DNA from: Agathobacter sp.
GTDB taxonomy: Bacteria > Bacillota > Clostridia > Lachnospirales > Lachnospiraceae
Assembly (NCBI GenBank): GCA_045530745.1
Contig: JAZSCQ010000048.1
Coordinates: 49,503-113,502 of the forward strand
DNA: 64,000 nucleotides
Direction: 5' to 3'
The notes under the pieces are model-generated. The model saw only the letters and a list, made by a program, of their open reading frames with translations, had not been told where the DNA came from and did not search any database. The position numbers were made by a program, and so were the translations under genes. Each line of letters opens with the position of its first letter. Within the stretch, counting starts at the first letter, position 1. Below, one piece after another: positions 37,349-45,670 of this stretch.

Positions 37349-37425
37349 GAAAATCGGGGTATATATATTCATTTATCGCTGTACTTACGTAAGGCTTCTA
37401 AATGAATATATATACCCCGATTTTC
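37349..37425. repeat. Perfect 27-bp inverted repeat (23-nt loop) between convergent genes
   Basis: GAAAATCGGGGTATATATATTCATTTA ... TAAATGAATATATATACCCCGATTTTC. Confidence 0.85.
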
Positions 37426-37486
37426 TAACTATATGGCTAATCTTTAATTCTAACTAAATTTCTTTTTTACTATAGTAGCATGTGTT

Positions 37487-37846
37487 TTACGCATCAAATT
37501 TAATAATCAAATCTCTCTGATAAACCAGTTTCCCAGTGTCTCCCTCACTTAGCTCATGATAATGATTTTCGTTTGTGTGTAGTTCTACTTCTTTTCCATT
37601 TTCATCTACAAACAAAACCAAGAAATTCCATCGATTGCCTCGAGCATATATCTGTGGCGTATTGGAATACTCCATACGTTTGGATTTTACTGTCGCCTGA
37701 CATTCTATAACTGGACCTTTCCGCTTCCAATATGGAAGATTAACAGCAATGACTCCAACCATCGCGAATAACAATACCAACCCAAGTTGCTCCCATGTTA
37801 TATTTCCAAAAGCAATATGTCCACATACCATAAATTTAAGCAACAT
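37487..37846 (-). CDS. DUF2500-family small membrane protein
   Basis: TM helix, then ATVKSKR ... LSEGDTGKLVYQ OB-like pattern. Confidence 0.65.
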   Translation of the reverse strand: MLLKFMVCGHIAFGNITWEQLGLVLLFAMVGVIAVNLPYWKRKGPVIECQATVKSKRMEYSNTPQIYARGNRWNFLVLFVDENGKEVELHTNENHYHELSEGDTGKLVYQRDLIIKFDA

Positions 37847-37948
37847 GATACCCCCTCCTTATATAATGACACTTCATTGTTTTAAATATATTATAACGCA
37901 AAAACATATTTATTAAAAGCACAAATAACCATAACACTACCTAAATTT

Positions 37949-38650
37949 CTAATATGCCACAGCTGAATATTCATTATCACCTACAGTGATTTCAAGTCCA
38001 CATGGAACTGTTAGTCCACCTAAAAATGACCCCTCTGGATATTCAAATACTGCTGAATACACTACCGTTGCTGGACCACTTGAATTTTCATTCATCTTAT
38101 AATTCACCAAATTAACCGGCAAATAACTTGCTCTTGTATCACCTAAATCATTAATAAGATCATAGCCATCATAGTATATAGTATATGCAAATCCAACAAT
38201 ATACATTGACCCATGAAGAAACAAACTATATACTTGAATATTAAGACTTCTGTACATTTGTCGACCACTACCATTCTGTGTTAATGTAATATTTTCATCT
38301 ATAGTAAACATAATATTTGCTCTTCCACTTGCATATTCTTGATATGTAATTTGCTCAGTTTCAGAGATTTTCTTTGTTTCATTTACCATCAAATAATCAT
38401 TACTACGCGTTTGGTTTGCTAACACAGACTCTACTGATGCCGGATGATTAATTTTTTCTGAATATTCAGGGAAGTATTCCAATGCTAATTCAACCATTTC
38501 TTCATCACTCTTAAAATCAACTGCCTGCTTATCCATTTGTCTTTCTGAGGCATAAAAGGTCTCTTTTGTTACATTTATATAAGCAGAAATTGTTACAAAA
38601 AATAATACTATTATCATTATGAAAGAAATTCTTCTTAATTTTGTTTTCAT
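37949..38650 (-). CDS. Secreted hypothetical protein (candidate ECF target)
   Basis: AGGAGG RBS, basic + hydrophobic signal peptide, Tyr/Ser/Thr-rich beta-type C-domain. Confidence 0.7.
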   Translation of the reverse strand: MKTKLRRISFIMIIVLFFVTISAYINVTKETFYASERQMDKQAVDFKSDEEMVELALEYFPEYSEKINHPASVESVLANQTRSNDYLMVNETKKISETEQITYQEYASGRANIMFTIDENITLTQNGSGRQMYRSLNIQVYSLFLHGSMYIVGFAYTIYYDGYDLINDLGDTRASYLPVNLVNYKMNENSSGPATVVYSAVFEYPEGSFLGGLTVPCGLEITVGDNEYSAVAY

Positions 38651-38759
38651 ACGCTTCTTCCTCCTACCTTGTCTATCGCAACCTACCATTACTACAATGC
38701 CATTGGAAACACCCCTTTCTATGATTAAATCCTAATTCAAATCCCTTTTGTACATGTAC

Positions 38760-38787
38760 AACACTTTTGCATATAAAAAAGGTTACA
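38760..38787 (-). promoter_or_regulatory. Putative ECF promoter copy 1
   Basis: TGTAACC-N17-TGTT upstream of the CDS starting at 38650. Confidence 0.65.
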
Positions 38788-38817
38788 AATTTCCACAAAA
38801 TATTTTTCATAGAAATT

Positions 38818-38844
38818 TGTAACCTCTTTTTATTCTCACCTGTT
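38818..38844 (+). promoter_or_regulatory. Putative ECF promoter copy 2
   Basis: TGTAACC-N16-TGTT upstream of the CDS starting at 38888. Confidence 0.7.
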
Positions 38845-38887
38845 ATTCAAGTATAACTAAATTTTTCATCTAAAAAGGATGCAAATT

Positions 38888-39328
38888 ATGTCAAAATTAC
38901 ACAAAATACTACCATCTTTCATTCTTCTTATCTGCTTGGTAACCGTTTCATTATCTTCTACTAAAATTTATGGTAGCGAAATTACACCACGATACAATAA
39001 TGTACTCACTGCCAATGTAACCACAACTGTAAACAGTAGTGGAACAATGAATATTAATTATAATTATACTGGTTTTTCTGGCAAAACAAATAAAGCTGTA
39101 ATTACTACATACATAGAAAAACAGTTCCTCTTTATCTTCTGGACACGAGTTGATATCGGCACAACAAATAATGAATGGACACAAACTGTAAACAACTATC
39201 GATACACCGGAACTCGCACCTTTAATCTGCCTTCCAGTGGAACATATCGAACTACTGTTATATACGAAGTATATGGAACGGGCGGTTCTGCTGACACGAT
39301 TACTTGTCAAGATGAAATTACATATTAG
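38888..39328 (+). CDS. Secreted hypothetical protein, beta-rich (candidate ECF target)
   Basis: Signal peptide followed by EITPRY, Thr/Asn/Tyr-rich Ig-like pattern. Confidence 0.72.
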   Translation: MSKLHKILPSFILLICLVTVSLSSTKIYGSEITPRYNNVLTANVTTTVNSSGTMNINYNYTGFSGKTNKAVITTYIEKQFLFIFWTRVDIGTTNNEWTQTVNNYRYTGTRTFNLPSSGTYRTTVIYEVYGTGGSADTITCQDEITY

Positions 39329-39333
39329 TTTTC

Positions 39334-39379
39334 TAAATTAAGAAGAAGGACTCATCTCTGAGTCCTTCTTCTTAATTTA
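39334..39379. terminator. Bidirectional terminator, 21-bp perfect stem
   Basis: TAAATTAAGAAGAAGGACTCA-TCTC-TGAGTCCTTCTTCTTAATTTA. Confidence 0.8.
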
Positions 39380-40039
39380 CTTCACATTCTCAACTATCTC
39401 TTTTATTATTTCCACATCATCACAACCGTGATATACTAAAAACATATAGTATCCATCTTCTATCCACATTGCTGCCATTAAATCTATATGTTCACACAAT
39501 TTCACTTCCTTATCACCTATGGTAACCGTACTCCACTTCCCTTTTTCATTATCAATATATGTTTCAAAATCTTCCGTTACATATTGCTCCAACTGTATAT
39601 AATCTCCTGAAGCATTTTCGTATCCACTAACAATCGTTTCTTGGTCTTTCAGCTCGTAAACTTTTTCAAACCCTTCCGGAATCATCGTCAACTGATACTC
39701 ATGTTCAATTACCCTCGTTGTTCCCCCTTCAAAGTAATAGTGGATATACTCCTGATATACATTTTCACACCACTGCAACATAGAGGCTTTTACCTCCTCA
39801 TTATTTAATGCTACCATAAGAACTGATAATAAGGAAATCACAGCAATGGCAACACGTTTCTTGGCAGTATTCACATATTTCCAATATGACTTCTTCTGAC
39901 GCACAATCAGTTTTTTCATCTTCTGTTCAAACTTTTCTGAAAACACAAAACTAATCTGTTCCTCACATGGAATATCTGCAAATTCGGACATAAGTGCTTC
40001 ACGAAAAACTTGATTAAGTTGTGTTCTAGTCATTGCCAT
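39377..40039 (-). CDS. DUF4367-domain membrane protein, probable anti-sigma factor
   Basis: FSEKFEQKMKKLI N-domain, one TM, LTMIPEGF ... IDNE ... MWIEDG. Overlaps the sigma gene end. Confidence 0.75.
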   Translation of the reverse strand: MAMTRTQLNQVFREALMSEFADIPCEEQISFVFSEKFEQKMKKLIVRQKKSYWKYVNTAKKRVAIAVISLLSVLMVALNNEEVKASMLQWCENVYQEYIHYYFEGGTTRVIEHEYQLTMIPEGFEKVYELKDQETIVSGYENASGDYIQLEQYVTEDFETYIDNEKGKWSTVTIGDKEVKLCEHIDLMAAMWIEDGYYMFLVYHGCDDVEIIKEIVENVK

Positions 40040-40598
40040 TTTCTTTCTCTCCTTCTAACAATAGTAATAGTTTCTTCTTTCCACGAACTAATTGCTGCTT
40101 TGTCGCAGATACCGATTGATTTAAATATTTAGCTAATTGTGGTACTGGTATTTCCATCACAAAGTGGTGATATAATACATCTCTGTATTTAGGATTCAAG
40201 ACCTTAATCGCCTTTAGCACACACTCATACTCTGCCTTTTGACATAGATATTCAATAAACCTATCATCTGACAAATCAGTATCTATTACCCCCTCTTCTA
40301 CATCTGTTGGAACATATATCATTCTTTTCTTTTTTTCATTCCAGTTCAACGCCGTATTTTTTGTTGCCTTTAACAGATAGTTTCTCAAATCGGTTTCATT
40401 TAATATCTGATTTATCGTATTCATGTGTCTTGTCGCAATCTTTACAAACACATCATGCACAATGTCTTCTGCATCTGTTTCATTATGCACAATTGACAAT
40501 GCTACATATACCATTTGTTTTTTATATTCATTATATATTTTTTCAAATTTATCTTTGTCTCTTTCATCATCAATGAACGTCAAATATAAAGCTAGCAT
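40026..40598 (-). CDS. ECF-type RNA polymerase sigma factor
   Basis: MLALYLTFID..D..KFEKIY, DAEDIVHDVF (region 2), LNPKYRDVL..VSATKQQLVRGKKKL (region 4). Confidence 0.9.
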   Translation of the reverse strand: MLALYLTFIDDERDKDKFEKIYNEYKKQMVYVALSIVHNETDAEDIVHDVFVKIATRHMNTINQILNETDLRNYLLKATKNTALNWNEKKKRMIYVPTDVEEGVIDTDLSDDRFIEYLCQKAEYECVLKAIKVLNPKYRDVLYHHFVMEIPVPQLAKYLNQSVSATKQQLVRGKKKLLLLLEGEKENGND

Positions 40599-40650
40599 TT
40601 GATCTCCTGTTTGGTATATCTATATTTTTCCACTTATCAATATATATTAT

Positions 40651-40677
40651 AACAGTTAAGAAGCAAAAGCGGTTACA
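40651..40677 (-). promoter_or_regulatory. Putative ECF promoter copy 3 (autoregulatory)
   Basis: TGTAACC-N16-TGTT(ATAAT) upstream of the sigma gene. Confidence 0.7.
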
Positions 40678-40716
40678 AGTTTTCATAAAATAGGTTAAGT
40701 GAATTTTTACAACAAC

Positions 40717-40748
40717 AAAAAAATCGCACGCAAACTCTTCGCGTGCGA
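40717..40748 (-). terminator. Intrinsic terminator
   Basis: TCGCACGC-N9-GCGTGCGA with 7 A on plus. Confidence 0.7.
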
Positions 40749-40763
40749 AATAAATAATACAAT

Positions 40764-41045
40764 TCAACAAAAATATATGTATATATTCCCCAAATACCTG
40801 TACATCCAACTTACTAATATCATAATTCTAATCCAAGCCCAAGCTTGTTTCTCTAGTTCTATCGTTCGCCTACATAACTTAATTCCATCCCATATCCATA
40901 TTGTATTATGTACAAATACCAACAAAAGCATTGCCCCAAAAAATATATCTTTTTCTGTAGTTCTCTCGCTAAACCTATAAAATTCAACATACAATGAGCC
41001 ACACACACACACTACAAAGTATAATATACCTAATACCTTTTTCAT
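40764..41045 (-). CDS. Small 3-TM membrane protein (immunity-like)
   Basis: AGGAG RBS, three hydrophobic segments in 93 aa. Confidence 0.55.
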   Translation of the reverse strand: MKKVLGILYFVVCVCGSLYVEFYRFSERTTEKDIFFGAMLLLVFVHNTIWIWDGIKLCRRTIELEKQAWAWIRIMILVSWMYRYLGNIYIYFC

Positions 41046-41084
41046 TAGATCCTTTTCTCCTCTTGAAAACTTTAGCTAAAACAC

Positions 41085-41460
41085 TTATGGACTATATACC
41101 CCTGCATGGAATGTAGACTCGAACTCTTGATATGGCGAATCTGTAACATAATTTCCTGTCCACTCATAATAATAATTTACAGGCCATCCATTCATGGTCG
41201 TATAATCAATCCTAACTTTAGATGCGGAATCTGTTATATCAAATGCCTGTTTAAACAAATATTCATTTATCGCATCATAAGTATATTTAAAATCACCTGA
41301 AATAACAAATGCAGCTGTCGCAACTTCAACTGGAACGCCAAACTTTGTAGCTAGCATTGCAATAAAAAAATCTACTGACATACTCGCTACATTCGTACCT
41401 AACAAAAATTCTAACAAATCTCGATTATTATATGCATCATATATTAACTTACTCTTTTTT
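41085..41460 (-). pseudogene. N-terminally truncated secreted/toxin-like protein
   Basis: Plausible protein C-terminus (hydrophobic hairpin then Tyr/Trp-rich tail). The ORF-track start (41504) lies upstream of and reads through the promoter motif, and there is no signal peptide or good RBS. Confidence 0.45.
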
Positions 41461-41471
41461 CTATTACATAC

Positions 41472-41498
41472 AACAATCCTTCTCACAAATAGGTTACA
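41472..41498 (-). promoter_or_regulatory. Putative ECF promoter copy 4
   Basis: TGTAACC-N16-TGTT just downstream of the pulA terminator. Confidence 0.65.
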
Positions 41499-41531
41499 TG
41501 CCATTACTCATTTTTAGTCCCAATAAAGAAC

Positions 41532-41562
41532 AAAAAAAGACGCTTCTCTCACGAGAAGCGTC
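41532..41562 (-). terminator. pulA terminator
   Basis: GACGCTTCTC-N4-GAGAAGCGTC with 7 A on plus. Confidence 0.8.
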
Positions 41563-41577
41563 CCAAAAAACTTTATT

Positions 41578-43494
41578 TTATTTTACTGCTACTAAACACG
41601 CTACACCCTGTACCTCTACTTCTACATCCATCGTTGTACGTAGCGCTTCTGCGGAAGCCTTGTCGTCATCAATGCAGATATCCCAAGCTCCTGCTTCTGG
41701 TAAAGCAACTTTTACTACTTCTTTGTTACCGTTGTATACCACGAAGATAGTTTCTTCGTCTGTGGTAACTGTAAATGCTACGACGTTCTTTGGAAGTCCG
41801 TCGATGAAATGAACAGCTTCTCTTACTTCTTCTGCTGTTCCTAAACGAAGACCTGCGTGCGCTTTACGGAATGCGATGATTCCCTTGTAGTATTCACATA
41901 AGTCTTTGTATTCTTCCAATCTGTCATAACGCATTACGTTGGTGAAGAAAGGCATGTTATAGCTGTTTTCACATACTTTATCTGTACCTTCGATTGGTTT
42001 GGTACGAGCAAATTCTTCGCCTGATAAGAAGAATGGGATACCCTGAGAGGTAAAGATCATACCTGCACCTAATCGGTTCATGGATAATTTCTCTTCTTCG
42101 GTTGCATCTGGAGAAGATACGCTAATTTTGTCCCAAAGTGTAAGGTTATCATGACAAGAGATATAGTTTACGATATCCACTGGGTTCTTTGCCCATGGTC
42201 CTTTGCTATATTTATAAGCGTCATAGTCTACTTCTGGATGTCTGGTTGCACCTACTACAGAGTAACGGATATCGTTTTCCATATTCTGACGTCCACTGAT
42301 GAAACCGATTTCTTCTTCGATAAATACATCTCCACGGATTGTATCGCGGATATCATCTGAGAATGCGCCGACATCTACTAATGCTGGTACATTACATTTG
42401 AGTGCTCGCTCATTATCTGGAATAGTAGATGGACCACCTGTCCAGCCTTCACCATAAATGATGATGTCTGGATTGATTTTCTTAAGCTCTACTGCAGCCA
42501 TATTCATTGTCTCGATATCTAAAACACCCATTAGATCGAAGCGGAAACCATCGATGTGGTATTCGCTTACCCAGTATTTTAAGGAATCAATGATGAACTT
42601 GCGAACCATTGGATGGTCAGATGCTACTTCATTGCCACATGCAGATGCATCAGAATACTTACCATCTTCTGTCATTCTATAATAATAATCTGGTACACAT
42701 TTCTGGAAGCAGTTGTTTTCGATATCATAGGTATGATTATAAACCACGTCCATGATAACGCCGATTCCATGCTTGTGGAATCCCTGTACCATTTCCTTGT
42801 ATTCTTTGATACGCACTTCTCCGTGGAATGGATCTGTGGAGAAAGAACCTTCTGGAACATTGTAGTTAATTGGGTCATAACCCCAGTTGTACTGTGGTTC
42901 TTCTGGTTTGCTTTCGTCGATACTACCAAAATCATAACTTGGCATAATCTGTACGTGTGTTACCCCTAAGTCTAGGATGTGGTCCAAACCTGTAGGAGTA
43001 CCGTTCTTCGTCTTTGTACCTGTCTCTACAAGCCCAATATATTTCCCTGGGTGTTTTGCATTACAGGTTTCATCTGATGTAGTATCTAAAACAGACAATT
43101 CATATACAACGATATCGGTCCATTTTGCAACTGCTGGTCCATGGTCTTCTTCAAACCCTTCTGGGTTGGTCTTGTCAAGATTAACAACCATGCTTCTCTT
43201 GCCATTTACACCAGTTGCCTTTCCATAAGGATCATTGGTTTCTTGTTCTTTGCCATTTACGTTAACCAAATATGTATAATAAAGCTGATGTAAGTCGCCT
43301 TCTTTTACATATAGCCATGTGCCTCCTTCATCTGGCTTCATATCCTGTATTTCTACTGCTTCTGAGCCATCCCCTGTGGCATAGAAACAGATACGAACAC
43401 GATCTGCGGTTGGTGCCCATAAACGAAAGCTTGTGCTCTGTTTTGAGTATACCGCACCAAGATCGTTTCCATTGTATGTCTGTAATGATTTCAT
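41578..43494 (-). CDS. pulA: Type I pullulanase (GH13), cytoplasmic
   Basis: FRLWAPTA, YNWGYDP, MDVVYNH, DGFRFDLMG, YGEGW, CHDN. No signal peptide. Confidence 0.95.
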   Translation of the reverse strand: MKSLQTYNGNDLGAVYSKQSTSFRLWAPTADRVRICFYATGDGSEAVEIQDMKPDEGGTWLYVKEGDLHQLYYTYLVNVNGKEQETNDPYGKATGVNGKRSMVVNLDKTNPEGFEEDHGPAVAKWTDIVVYELSVLDTTSDETCNAKHPGKYIGLVETGTKTKNGTPTGLDHILDLGVTHVQIMPSYDFGSIDESKPEEPQYNWGYDPINYNVPEGSFSTDPFHGEVRIKEYKEMVQGFHKHGIGVIMDVVYNHTYDIENNCFQKCVPDYYYRMTEDGKYSDASACGNEVASDHPMVRKFIIDSLKYWVSEYHIDGFRFDLMGVLDIETMNMAAVELKKINPDIIIYGEGWTGGPSTIPDNERALKCNVPALVDVGAFSDDIRDTIRGDVFIEEEIGFISGRQNMENDIRYSVVGATRHPEVDYDAYKYSKGPWAKNPVDIVNYISCHDNLTLWDKISVSSPDATEEEKLSMNRLGAGMIFTSQGIPFFLSGEEFARTKPIEGTDKVCENSYNMPFFTNVMRYDRLEEYKDLCEYYKGIIAFRKAHAGLRLGTAEEVREAVHFIDGLPKNVVAFTVTTDEETIFVVYNGNKEVVKVALPEAGAWDICIDDDKASAEALRTTMDVEVEVQGVACLVAVK

Positions 43495-43619
43495 AATAAA
43501 AATACCCCTCAAATTTGAAATAGATTAGCATTTACCAAATACTATTATATTTCAAACCTAAGGGGTTGTGAATTGGAATATGTGCTAAAATTTTTCGTAA
43601 ATTTTAGTCGATATTTCCA

Positions 43620-44630
43620 CTAACATTTTCTGTTTTTTCCAAAGATAACATCATAGTTAATATTTTTATAGAAAATATCTTCCTGATTCTCCTTTGAGAC
43701 CTCTTTATTCGCTAGCATCCACATGGTTTTTGCAATAACCGATTCTAATGTCATGTCATAGGACTCCAAGAAACTACACATTTCTTTCATCTCATGTCCC
43801 ACTTCATAAACAGTCATATCACTGCCTTCATGCGCTACCTGTGTCGCCATGACAATCGTCTTGTCTGGATACTGTCTGCAAAGACCATAAAAATCATCCG
43901 AAATAGATTTTGGAATACCACCTACACCAAAGCTTTCTACGATAACTGCATCGTAATGTTCAAACACATATTTTAAAATCTCTGGTGTAATGCCTGGAAT
44001 CAGTTTAAGCAAGAATACTTTTTCATTCATCTGTGTGTAAAATTTCACAGGCTCAGTGTATGGTTCCATTGGAATATATCGCATAATCTGAGCATCCTGC
44101 AATATAGCAAGCGCAGGAAAATCAATACTATCAAAAGCATTATAGCTCTTTGAACGAATCTTCTTTGCACGAGTACCAGCGATTACCTTGCCATCAAATA
44201 CAATAACAATCCCCTGCGATTTATCGTCTGCTGCATAAGTAAAGCTATCCATAAGATTTGTCTTGGCATCTGTAATGTCCATGTCAATTGGCTTCTGAGA
44301 ACCAGTAATTACAATCGGCTTTGAAGAATTCTGGATCATATAAGAAAGACCGGCTGCTGTATATGCCATGGTATCTGTACCATGCGCGATTACAAATCCA
44401 TCGTATCTCTCATAATTTTCCTTGATGCACTCTACCATCATACGCCAATGTCTTGGTTCCATATTGGAACTATCCAAACTAAGGAGCTGAAGCGTGTCAA
44501 CTTCGCATACATCTTGAATTGATGGAATATACGAAAGAAGTTCCTCCGGTGAAATCTGTGGTTTTAGTCCGCTATCTGATTTTTTTGATGCAATTGTACC
44601 GCCCGTTGCGATAAGTAATATTTTTTTCAT
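43620..44630 (-). CDS. ansA: L-asparaginase, type I
   Basis: IATGGTIAS, HGTDTMAY, ITGSQKP. Confidence 0.92.
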   Translation of the reverse strand: MKKILLIATGGTIASKKSDSGLKPQISPEELLSYIPSIQDVCEVDTLQLLSLDSSNMEPRHWRMMVECIKENYERYDGFVIAHGTDTMAYTAAGLSYMIQNSSKPIVITGSQKPIDMDITDAKTNLMDSFTYAADDKSQGIVIVFDGKVIAGTRAKKIRSKSYNAFDSIDFPALAILQDAQIMRYIPMEPYTEPVKFYTQMNEKVFLLKLIPGITPEILKYVFEHYDAVIVESFGVGGIPKSISDDFYGLCRQYPDKTIVMATQVAHEGSDMTVYEVGHEMKEMCSFLESYDMTLESVIAKTMWMLANKEVSKENQEDIFYKNINYDVIFGKNRKC

Positions 44631-45670
44631 TATGCAAGAACCCTTTCTATATCTGCAAGAAGTGCTGTTACATTTTCTTCTTTTGTAGCCCATGAGGTAC
44701 AGATCCGAATCATATCATGAATATCATCTTTTGTTCCCATTGGCTCAAATTTATATGTTTTTGACAACTCCGCTATTGCTGTCTTTGGCAGACTAACAAA
44801 GATTTGATTGGTTGGTGAAGCAACTGTAAATTCCACTCCAAGTTCCATAAATTTGTTGGAAATACGTTCTGCCATATCCATCGCATGCTTTGCTATTTCA
44901 AAATAAAGACCATCCTGGAAAAGGGTCTCAAACTGTATACCCAAAAGGCGACCTTTTGCCAGCATACCGCCATGTTGCTTGATTGCATAACGAAAATCTG
45001 GTTTAAGCTGTGGGTTTGAGATAACTACCGCTTCTCCAAATAAAGCGCCTACTTTGGTACCCCCAATATAAAATACATCTGTATAACGTGAGATGTCCTC
45101 TAATGTCATATCATTTTCCTTGCACATAAGCCCATAGCCAAGGCGTGCACCATCTAAAAAAAGATAAATACCGTATTCTCTGCAAAGCTCATATAAGGCG
45201 ATGAGCTCTTCCTTTTTATAAATGGTTCCCCATTCCGTTGGATTAGAAATATAAAGCATCTTAGGCTGCGCCATATGCTCATCTCCACCATTTGCATAGT
45301 GGTTTGCAAGAATTTCACGAACCTGTGGTTCATATACCTTGCCATCCTCGGAAGGAATAGTGATACATTTATGACCGGCTGCTTCTACCGCTCCTGTCTC
45401 ATGTACATTGATATGTCCACTGCTCGCACAGATAACACCCTGATGTGCACGAAGTGATGCATCAATCACAGTTACATTTGTTTGCGTTCCACCTACCAGA
45501 AAGTGCACATCTGCATCTTCTCTACCACAGGCCTTTTTAATAAGTTCTGCAGCATTCTTACAATGCTCGTCCATTCCATAACCAATGGTCTGTTCCATGT
45601 TGGTTTCTGCCAATTTTTCCAATATTTTAGGGTGCGCCCCTTCTGTATAATCACAGTTAAAATAAATCAT
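44630..45670 (-). CDS. ltaE: Low-specificity L-threonine aldolase (PLP)
   Basis: FNCDY, GGTQTN, HINVHETGA, LDGARL, IGGTKVG. Confidence 0.88.
   Translation of the reverse strand: MIYFNCDYTEGAHPKILEKLAETNMEQTIGYGMDEHCKNAAELIKKACGREDADVHFLVGGTQTNVTVIDASLRAHQGVICASSGHINVHETGAVEAAGHKCITIPSEDGKVYEPQVREILANHYANGGDEHMAQPKMLYISNPTEWGTIYKKEELIALYELCREYGIYLFLDGARLGYGLMCKENDMTLEDISRYTDVFYIGGTKVGALFGEAVVISNPQLKPDFRYAIKQHGGMLAKGRLLGIQFETLFQDGLYFEIAKHAMDMAERISNKFMELGVEFTVASPTNQIFVSLPKTAIAELSKTYKFEPMGTKDDIHDMIRICTSWATKEENVTALLADIERVLA

Noticed and set aside
41461-41504. ORF-track start MACNLFVRR for the 139-aa ORF
   Set aside because: These codons are the promoter motif itself, lie just after a terminator and have no RBS.
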